A stretch of DNA of 64,000 nt from Chrysomallon squamiferum (lineage: Eukaryota; Animalia; Mollusca): NCBI GenBank assembly GCA_012295275.1, contig CM022669.1, positions 12,090,001-12,154,000 on the forward strand. The letters are read 5' to 3'. This document shows positions 53,082 through 64,000 of the stretch, piece after piece (positions within the stretch are counted from its first letter, which is position 1; every line of letters begins with the position of its first letter). Below the pieces are notes generated by a model that was not told where the DNA came from, did no database searches, and saw nothing but the letters and a program-made list of their open reading frames with translations. Both the position numbers and the translations under genes were made by a program.

Positions 53082-55007
53082 TTTATTCTTACAAACAACC
53101 TATTTGGCTTAGGTTCAGTTACGAGACTGATCGCCTAAGGCGTCACAGGTCATAATTTTTCATCCTAATCGTACATAAAGGGCGGTTAGTATTGAAACGA
53201 ATGATTTATGAAAGATTGTGGTACGTAATATCATGACATTATGATGTTTCTTTATGGTATCATTTTAGAAGGAATTGATAACGTACTGACAACTAATAAT
53301 TAACCGTCAATATTAGAATACATTACGTTACAACCATATGTAAACATTTCCTGTGAAAGAGAAACTACTGTAATTTATTAATGAACAACCAAATTTAGAC
53401 CGCACGAAGGTGTGTCGTTTGTGCGTCATAATATGACAGTTGTAAATTAAAAAGGAAACGCGTGTCGAATAAATTCCCGTCTTTTATGTTGCTCATAACC
53501 TTCTCCTCCCACAGTGTGTTTATTGTTGTTTTAATTGACAACTTAACATTATTAATAAGTTGAGGTTGTCACATGTACAATATTCCACCTTTCAGAGGTT
53601 AAAAAGAAGAATTATAATAATCATTGTAAACAACATCAATCAAAACAAATAAATAAATAAAATGTTCTCTGAAAATTCTGTTTTTAATATAAATAAATAA
53701 ATAAAACAAAATAAAATAATGTTATTAGAGGCAAAAGTTACGTCTACAGAAAATGAAAAAATAAGTAATTTTAGTAGTAGTAGTAATAATATAAATTAAT
53801 TTAATTTAATAAATATTACAGATAATTAAATAATAATAATTATTATAAATAAAATGAAAAGAGAAGAATAAATAAATAACGTAAAGTAAAAGTGTGTTTT
53901 TGAAGAGATGCATATTATAATGAAAGATGTGTACGCCATTTTTTAAGTCCTAGACCTAGAGCGTGTTTCTCAACATCGGACGATTAACAGTATAGTTAGG
54001 AATGTCATTAAATAAACATTCCTTTCATTTGACAGTTTGAGAACACATACACACACGAAGACATGCGACCTATTGTTGGAACATGCCCGTATACATGTAT
54101 CTAAACAAAAGCACGTTTCACCACAATCTCTGTTTGTAATCCTGTTAAAAGGAAATAATTATAACAGCATTCTTTGTTAAAAAGTGAAGTGGAACCTTTA
54201 TCATAACAATATATAGTGACCAGACAATATTTTGTCAGGTTATAATATATTAGCATAAATTCATTATCAACATCTGCAATTGTCGTTTCTTAGTTTTATA
54301 CTCTCAGCCTTCCCTAAACAAGTTTACAGGATTCTGTAATTGATTAAAATGCTCAGAAAGTAGATTGTTTTACATGGTCGTAATTGCAATAATAAAAGAT
54401 TTGTTTGTACAAGCAGTGATAATAGTAATAGTAGTAACTGACTAACTGTAATATTAATGGTAGTTGTAGTAGTTTGTTGATAGATATAGATGTAGTAGTA
54501 GGCATAGAAGTCACAATAGTAGTAACTAACATACTGTCGCTTTATGCAGACATAATGACACACTCTAATTGCAGTAGTAGTAGTCGTAGTAATAGCAACA
54601 GTAACCACTGAGGCAGTTAAGATATTACGAATTCAGTTAGCAAAAAGAAAATATTTAACAGGTGATGATTCCTTAAACACATACAAAACAACAACAACAA
54701 TATTCCTGAAGATAATCATGCAGGCCCAAACACCCACAGACACGCAAATACGGAGTGTTAAGCTTCTAAATGTTAAAACGATGTTGTGTCTGTTAATCGG
54801 GTTACTAGAACGCGTCACTCAGTTTGTGTTTACTTCATATTATTTTCCAGGTCATTTAATACATTACTACGAATTGTAAACACCATGACAAGCAAAATTT
54901 AAATGCCACCATATAAATCCAGGTGTCACCGATTATTAAACATGAAACTGTTGAAATAAAGTGTATATTCACACACACAATGGCTTTTATACGTTATTGT
55001 AAACTTG

Positions 55008-55115
<108 letters not shown>

Positions 55116-55120
55116 TTTCC

Positions 55121-55344
55121 CTCTCCCTTTATTTCACCTATTGTGGGTCTTTTTCACTCCTACTTTTTCTCCCTGTCTTTTAATTTCCTGTCTTGCTTTC
55201 TGTTGTTCAGATTTGGAATCTAATATAAATACTTTACATCGCTGAATAAAACAGTATATCTTTAAAAATTTCTTTTTCTAGTCAATGTATGAAGATGGGG
55301 TTGATATTACTGCAAAAACAGAATATCTTTCTACCTTGGAGCAA
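55121..55344 (+). pseudogene. Inverted duplicate of AP5B1 intron 1 end plus part of exon 2
   Basis: Reverse complement of about 48068-48291; intron part appears identical, exon part has 3 substitutions; flanked by (CT)n and an A20 run. Confidence 0.9.
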
Positions 55345-55572
55345 AAAAAAAAAAAAAAAAAGCCTACATGAACATATCCAAACTTGCATATCTCCAGGCT
55401 GTTCGCAGGGAAGATATTTTTACAAAGTCAATACACCGTCTTTATGCAGATTTTGTTTTTGATTTTTTTTTCTTCTCCATATTGTATTATTATTATTCAT
55501 GCCCAAAAAAAAAAAAAAAAAAAAAAAAACAACCCCAAAAATCACTTCATGTTATGATACCCATGAAAAAGA

Positions 55573-55751
55573 AATAATTCACTTTATATTTTACTGTCGA
55601 GTCAAAAGAAATAGCAATTCACTTCATATATTTTATACCGAGTCAACACACGAACATTAGTTCATTTTATGTTTTATAGCGAGTCATCCGAAATAACAAT
55701 TAACTTTATATATTTTATAGCGAGTCAAAAGATACAACAGTTCACTTTATA
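55573..55751. repeat. ~41-bp minisatellite, about 4 copies
   Basis: Recurring AATTCACTTTATAT.TTTTATAGCGAGTCAAAAG. Confidence 0.8.
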
Positions 55752-55854
55752 AAATTAACTTTATCAAGCACTAATGAAATATAATTTACAACTCCTTCTG
55801 TGTTTTTAATTTTGCATTTCACTGACTACAAAAAAAAAAACAACAACAACAACA

Positions 55855-55892
<38 letters not shown>

Positions 55893-56294
55893 CACGAAGT
55901 ATTATAATAATATTTAGGACAGCCTATTTAGATACCACACTATCACCAGCTGTGGATTTTACACCAAGTATCACGACATATATTTTAATAGTTTAAAAAA
56001 TATGTCAAACGTCATTGACATTTGTGACTACGATTAAAGTAACACAACGGTCGCGGGTACTGTAATAAAGTAGGCTTACAAATTATGCGGATTCGGGGAG
56101 TGGGAGAGTTAAGTGAAAGAAAAACACAGAAGATTAAACAAATGAAAAAAAAAAAAATTTCCACAGAATGAAAGAATAAGAGAAATGAATGCATGAAACA
56201 CACTGACCTTGATACAAAGATGTAAAAAGAGGTAGACGGATATATTTACATACGATGTTCTGTTTCGCCTATGTGTGTGTGTGTGTGTGTATTT

Positions 56295-56367
<73 letters not shown>

Positions 56368-56975
56368 TTATGCATAACGCCCCACATCATTACAAGAGTA
56401 AAACTTTTTGACTAATCTGTGTTATGTTACAGACAGTCGTCCAACGTACCAGAACAGTGTCGTTCAACACCGAAGAAATATTTGACCATTTCACGCTGAA
56501 CGCCGGTCAGTTCACGTTGTGCCAGCTGCGGTTTGATCGAGTCGCCGCTGTGACGTACGGAAACTGTGTAGATTAAACGCTGCTGATAAGCAGCATGCAC
56601 ACGTCTTCAGAATTCACAGTCATCAGAACAAAGATGTAATTTCTCTGCCCGTGAGATAATTATTCATAAATCTCACCATGATATGTGGAATTATCGACAA
56701 TGTGTCTTATATTTTAATTAATTACACGGTAGTTTAGGATATTTCGATTATGGTACCTGCTGAATTGCAGCTCTATGATCGACACTTACATACATTCTAT
56801 CATGAGCTTTTTCTGGTTCCAGCCAGTGATTACTCACTACTGGTAGACGCCGAAAGACGTTTGAACTATGTAATAAAATAGATCTTGATTTGTACTGTGG
56901 ACTAATTACTTTTTCACAGAAAACGATTTATAAAATTAGAGAAAAAGAGGTAAAGAGAGAAACAGATAGGCAGAC

Positions 56976-57036
<61 letters not shown>

Positions 57037-58087
57037 TATGAACATACAAACTCAGCATCATGTGTACGTGCACATACACACACACAACCCACACACTAAA
57101 CTATATAAATGCACACAAGTACGCATGCACTAAAAATCACTCAAGTAATTCTTTTAACTAATTCTCTTTAGCAAATTTCAGAATCAGGTATATCTGAAGC
57201 ACACCTCAAATTTCCCACCTAGAGCTTTTGTTTCCAGTCGGCCTCAGTTTGCCTAGCCCAGTGTTAAATTATCATTTTAAAATGAATGGCACTTTGACCT
57301 TTGCTTCACTCAGCAAGTGATCGTAATGTGTCAAGCAGTCATTTTTAATTTGTACGTGACCTATACTTTACGTCTGGATTTGCGTCACATTGCGTTTGTT
57401 GCGCTACATCTTAATCTCATATATATATACTTTATGTTTCCAGTGACCTCATTATATATGTATCTATATACATACATGTATAAAATTATTATTTTTACTT
57501 TTATTTCTTTACCACATGTATACAGTCTGAATTTTCTGCGCTCCAGGCAGAATCTTTATATTAATGTATTCGAACTGGCCGATTCCCAAATGAAGAATAT
57601 TTATTGGTTAAGCAAAAAGCAAAACTTTGGCACCATTTGTTAAATATTATATGTAATTAAAAAACAAATTTAAAAAGACAGAATTAATCATTTTAATTAT
57701 ATTGGTAATAATATCTTTAAAATAAGTCTCTCAGCTTTTATCAATAATAACACGTGCATGCATGTGCTTAGGTGTAAATATGTACTGTTTTGTATATTAG
57801 TGTTAGAAGAAATTATATATATCCTATGAATCAACAACAACAACATAAACAAAAATAGAGATATTCCTTAGATATGGCCACGAATTTTCTAGGGTGATCC
57901 TAGGGCATGTCCCTCTTGAAATTTTTGAAATGTAGATAGCGGGAAAACGATTTTAATATAAATAATATTTAATCGAGATAAAATGTGTTGCAAAAACCAT
58001 ATCATGGGACAGGAATATTAATTATGTAGATCTCTTTGCCAATCTAATGTAACGACAAAAACTGATTTGGACGCGAACCGTTTTACA

Positions 58088-58189
<102 letters not shown>

Positions 58190-59911
58190 AATTAGGTAGA
58201 AAAATAAACAACACAAAATAGCACTAATATATATTATTCTTTCGATCAGAATGGTGTTTATATTAACATTAATTAAGTGTGTTTGTTTTATGAATTAAAT
58301 AAGAAGGTAAAACATAAAATATTACTAAATAAATAATTAATATTCCAATTTAATTTTTAAAATATTAAAAAATATAAGTTTAAAATATTATATTTAATTA
58401 TGTGAATATATTTATAGCAGGTAATACACATACATATCTTAGTATTTTTATAGATAAATAAATTAAGAAAAATATACTGTTATAAATAAATAAGTAATCA
58501 TAATTTGTACAAATCACAAACATAATGTTTTTCATCGTAGGTAGATTTCTTTTTTAATTTTTTCCCCCCACCGAAATGAATTTCGTTACAACAAACGAAA
58601 ATATACAAATAAGCAAAACAACATATCAGAAAAACAACAACAACAACACACACACACACACACAGACAAACAAACAACAACAATAAAGTAAACAATACAT
58701 AAGTTTAACAAAATCCGTTGTCTGTTGAAGATGGGGGTGTCAATATCTATATTTATATTATAAGCAGCATTTCAAGAAATTAAAAATAGTATTTACTCAG
58801 AATCGGTTGTTTCAACTATGATACAAACAGAGAGACATTAGAAATATTCATTTTTTTTTTTTTAATATTAACTTTCACGTTTACAGGTGTTTGAAAAATC
58901 TTTTCGTCGAAACCTAACTCAGTTCAGGTGATCATTACATTTACGGAAACGGGAACAAATTACAAATACTTTAATTTATACTCATCCATCCATACACGCA
59001 CTGACATGCACATTTGCATTATACATGCATTTACCCTTTCACACATTAAAAGCGTATACAAATAGACTCAGTTATGCTTTAGCCTTTTCATTTTAAATGC
59101 AAACAGTGTGTACTAAACAAAAATCGATCGATCATTTTTATTTACGGGTTTTAACGACAGTCCTGGTCACTTTTAATATTTGTATTATACAGTAAAAATA
59201 TAGGATATCTAGTGAAATGTCTTAAGGGCTGTACGCATTCTCAAAAATATATTAAAAACCTGTACATAATTTTTTTTTTCTTTTTTTTTTAAATGTATTT
59301 AGTGTGTGTACGTGTCTATGTGTGCGTGTATATATATGGGTGTGTGTATGAATGTGTTCATTTATGTGCGTAAGTCTATTTTTGGTTACTTTGTTGTTGT
59401 TGTTTACTATGTATATTTTGTCCGCTTTTTTGCTTCTTCTTTTTCGTTCTTTCCTTCTTTACTGTTATTATTATTATCGTCATTATTATCATCGTCGTTA
59501 TTCTCATAATCATAATCGTCTTCATCATCATTACTGTTGTTGTTATAATATTATTATTATATAATTAAATTTTGTAAATATTTAAATTTCTTTCTCATTC
59601 TGGTTTTACCTTCATCGAACTCTCGGGTTTGTTTCACTGGTTGTTTTCCATTTTAAGCCGTTTTTTAATCCTCCTTATGTAATCAAAGATCATAATTAGT
59701 CATGGGGAATTACATTTGAAATCATTTAAGATCTACATTTAGAACTGTAAATGATACATGTCTTCGACTTTTTGGTTTTCATTTATTTAATATTAGATAC
59801 AGCTAATGAAACTAGAAAGTAAAACATGTATGTTGACAGGTTTCCCTCTGATGATGTCACAAGTTCTAATTATAGTCACGGAATCCCTGGGGAAGCCCTA
59901 TCGTATCGAGA

Positions 59912-59951
59912 CCAATGATTGGTTTCGTTTAGTAAAACTGCTAGGGATTGG
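59912..59951. promoter_or_regulatory. CCAAT-box cluster in ELL promoter
   Basis: CCAATGATTGG (two opposed boxes, 59912-59922) and ATTGG at 59947-59951, 30-70 bp upstream of the ELL ATG. Confidence 0.5.
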
Positions 59952-59982
59952 CGAAGTGTAAGCTCGGCACGACCAGACCAAT

Positions 59983-60114
59983 ATGGCTGCATTATTGGAA
60001 GGACAGGATTATGGTCTCATCTCAAACGAAGCTTCCAGTGGCCACAAAACTGTAATTCATGTTAAATTAACAGACTCTGCTCTTAGAGCATTAGAAGAAT
60101 TCTCGAAGATCAAA
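59983..60114 (+). CDS. ELL: RNA polymerase II elongation factor ELL, first coding exon (further exons not identified)
   Basis: MAALLEGQDYGLISNEASSGHKTVIHVKLTDSALRALEEFSKIK followed by GTAAGT; matches the ELL N-terminal signature MAAL....YGL...HVKLTDSALRA. Confidence 0.9.
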
Positions 60115-63100
60115 GTAAGTGTTGCTAATTTGTGAAGGAAAGTGTGATTTATAAGCTTCCAACTGTTAGTTAGTGGAAGTGCAAACTTCGCAAATTTTTC
60201 GTTCGCCTGGGTGGCTAAAGCGAGCATAAGGTGACTAGTTTCTACTCATTGTGAAACTTTATTTACTAAATTACACGAGAAGAGATATAGTTATTATATA
60301 TGTTAACACTAGATGTTAATAAATTGCCGCCGGTCTATAAGTTTTTCCACAGTGGAAAATTTTCACAACTTCGTGCAATTTCAGATTTCCTAACATGGAC
60401 ATATCAAATCGATAAATAATGCACTTTTCGTTTTTTCTTTATTAGTGTTACTTTTTTTTCTTTTCAGGACGTAACATATTCAATTTAATTTAAGGAAAAT
60501 TGGTTTAGTTTTTCATCTTATCAATTATTATTAATCTGTCAATCTTTATTGTAGTGAAAAACAATGTTTTTGTTCGGTGTGGTGGGGATGTCTGGGAAAT
60601 ATATGTGTATGTGTGTGTATATATATATATATATATATACACATATATAAAAATGTCTTGCCATGAACTAGTTGAAGTATGTATTTATAACATGATTCAT
60701 ATTCCTTACACATTTCTGTATATAAATTGAAATAAATGGACAAAAAAGTTAATTTAAGGAATATTAAATAAGGAACAATTACTGTGGGTTTATACAAATC
60801 TGAATGCATACTGAAACTTTAGAAGTATATACTATTATATATATATATATATAGATATATAAGTATAACTCAGTTAACTGGAAGTTTATTACTTTCATTT
60901 TTTCCCATGTAGTTCAGAAAGAAAACTCTGTTTTCATTTTCATATGGAATAATGCCTGTCCAGCTTGAAACTGATATTGTTCATTGAATCAGTAGCATGA
61001 TGGCTGTACATTTGATTACTTGATGCACATCTGGCAAAACCTGGACAATTGTTGGCCTACTTAATGTTGAGAATAGTCATGAACACAGGCATACAATGTA
61101 TCTAATGTACAAAAGGAACAATAGTGATGTACAAATAAACAATTTTACAAAGACTAAATCGAAAAAATATAAATTGTTATGGTTATTCTTTTATAATATT
61201 TAACAAAATTGGCTCTCCACGTAGGAGTAGTATAGCTTTCAGATAGTTAAATATATCCATGAACAACAATTATTTATACTCTCCTTAATATACATTTCTT
61301 GATATACTAACATATGGCATAAACTTGATAAAGATTATAACAAAAATGAATTAATGAAATAAAGCTTGGGAAATTATTTATTATCTACAAATTTCCACAT
61401 CAGCAGTTAGACAAATAATAGAAGATTAACTGAGAACATCACGTTTACTAGATATTACTAACCATTTAGGAAGATGGATTCATTATATTTTAACTGAAAA
61501 CATTCATCGTTTTCATTTCAAATGATGTTAATCACAATTTTATATTAAATGAGGTCTGTAAGAGATATAGTATATTGTTCTTTTTAATATTATGTAGAAC
61601 TGATGAACAACAACTGAACTTCATCTCCTGTCAAAAAATGAAAGCCAATTTTCAAAAAGTTGTTTTCAGGCATTGTTTCAAATAGCAACTTTAATTTTGA
61701 ATGTTAATATAAGATACGCCTAGGCAGTTTTCTCTTTGAAAACGGCATCTCTTAAATAATGTTCTACCATATGCCAGTGTATAGTGAAGTAATAAAACAA
61801 AATTCACACAAGAAGCATTAGTGGCACTATTTCTTTCAGATTTGTAAAAATGTACTTCAGTCAACATAATTAATTTTTGTTATAACATCTATCATTATTT
61901 GCACATTTATTAATGATAATTTCAATGGTCCCATGATTTACAAAATACCTAAATGTAAAACCTCATTAAATCAAAATGGAAACATTCATTTGGTTTTGAA
62001 ATTTGCTACTGTATTTCAGTTAATTAATGCAGGATAGTATTAAAGAAAAAATGTGATGCTCCTTATTAAAAAATGAACAATTTAATAATATTTTTTGTTA
62101 CAAATTTGCTAGAAGTATATGTTGTTTATTTTTATTTTATTTTTTTATTTATTTATTTATTTTTATACTGCTTCTATATAAACCATAATCAAAAGCCTCC
62201 ATTTGGTATACTGCTGATTATTAAAAAGAAAAGCTTCATAAAGTGTTTATTTTGTATTTAAGCATGAATTAATGTATCATTATTGAGATAAAACTGCATT
62301 TTGAAAATTTAATGATCATGAAAATAATACATAAAACATAAAACACAAAAATTAACATAAATGCTGATACTGCATTCCTTAAATTTTATATTTATTTATT
62401 AGTTGGAACTAATAAAAATGGATTTTTGTTGATTGGATAACAGTTTGGTCTAATCAAGCGACTGCCAATAATAGTTGTATATTATACTTTTTAATATATA
62501 AAAGACACTGTTTATTTTTTTTTGTGCTATTTTTGCTATAGCTGCTGCTGTATAGTTTGCTTATTTCTAAAAAAAGATGCTTTACTGGATTCTTTCATTA
62601 ACAGTTTCATACAGATGTTCGTGTGATATAGTCAATATGGCTAAATTTGATTTACGTATGGATGCAGCTAATGATCATTATTAAGTACTAATTTCAAATA
62701 AATTAGTGTGCACTTGGGTTCACTACATTAAACATCATTGCCATCTAGCCACGGTGGCCATTGCTGTCTTCATTAAATATTCCAGCATCCCAGATGTGGG
62801 GCACCTTATGATAATTTTCTGTTTTTTTTTATTAAAAGCTATTTTTATTATTATAAAACAAGTTCTCCAAATATCTATGTACATGCATCCCACCATATAC
62901 ATATGTACAAGCTTGTATATAACACGACTGTGGAGATGACAAGAATTAAAGATTACCTATTCCAGGCAATATACAGGATGGCACATACCACAGTTTTTAA
63001 ATGACACAGGTTTGATGCTTCAAAAGAATGGTGCATATGTACATATTGAATTTATGTGGTATAAAAGAACTTGTACCACAACTTTGGTTGACACACATTT

Positions 63101-63117
63101 ATTATTGCAGACAGTTG

Positions 63118-63340
63118 CTATAAATGCATACTGAATATGCAGGATTTTGTGAATACCATATTAAACATCCTTTGATGGACCTAGCTTATTTATATTACAG
63201 CAGTATAAATGTGCATATTGAATATGCAAAGTCTTGTGACACCCTGTGATATATCCTTTGAAGGACCTGACTTGTTGCTGCAGAAAACTGGTATAAAGGT
63301 GCCTATTAAATATGTTGAGCTTCATGAAATACATTGTGAA
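63118..63340. repeat. Degenerate ~85-90-bp tandem repeat (2.5 copies) in presumed ELL intron 1
   Basis: TATAAA.G(TG)CATA.TGAATATG...TTGTGA...ATCCTTTGA.GGACCT recurs at about 63119, 63204 and partly 63293. Confidence 0.65.
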
Positions 63341-63387
63341 AGAAAGTATACCATATAATTTAATGAACAGGCTTTATGGTGTGTTTA

Positions 63388-63451
<64 letters not shown>

Positions 63452-64000
63452 TTTTGAATCTATAATCATCTGTAGTGCACACTGTACATTTTAAGTACAC
63501 ATTGCATTGTCCAGACTAGTGTTGATACTTTGTGGGTGTATGTCAATAAGAACAGGTGTTTGAATTCAGCCATTAACAACTACAGTGTTTGCTGCTCTGT
63601 ACAGGTGTACATATATACCTGTTCTTTTCAACATTTGCAAATAAGAACCAAATTAAACGAAGATAAATGTTACAGTAAAACACTTTGTTGTGGAAGTTAC
63701 ATTTTAGATTAATTTTATTTGTCTTGTTAACTGCAAAGAGAAAGTGCAAACTTTGATAAAATATTTTTAACCGTTTCCTTGCAATAAGCAGATATATCGA
63801 CTCAAATTTTATGAGTTAATTGCGGAAAATGGATATACCGCATAGCCTTAAAAAAAAAAAAAAAAAAACCTTTTCATTATGCTGGAAGAAGTAAATATGC
63901 TCAAAGGTACTCCCCAAAATATCAGCCCAAAATAAAAGTACATTGCGCCATGTGTGGGGTGGCAGTTATTAGTCTTTTTATTTTGCTTGGGCTGTTTTTA

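Overview
AT-rich, microsatellite-laden, intron-rich animal DNA (invertebrate; mollusc-like composition is a tentative impression only). Most of the ORF track is noise; genes were rebuilt by hand from splice sites. In order: the 5'-truncated GLD-2/TENT2 poly(A) polymerase gene (+, to 6903); three tandem, strongly divergent alpha-tubulin genes (-, 9992-22713); a 5-exon gene for a secreted 14-Cys prokineticin/colipase-like protein (-, 23542-27441); TM2D3/almondex (+, 29566-32510); a 25-exon AP5B1 gene with two apparent 1-nt frameshifts (-, 33565-48744); a repeat-rich intergenic region; and exon 1 of ELL (+, 59983-60114). The most striking system is at 10-27.5 kb. The Cys-rich gene has a second intact last exon (17798-17931) that looks selectively maintained and lies beyond a complete same-strand tubulin gene. 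Complementary intronic elements upstream of the two exon copies could loop that tubulin out. The three tubulins share a basic luminal loop (K40R), an altered M-loop (H283K), non-tyrosinatable tails (basic or repeat-extended in two) and palindromic CRE sites upstream, suggesting a specialised, possibly germ-cell, microtubule type. Function, expression and splicing are inferences that need RNA data.
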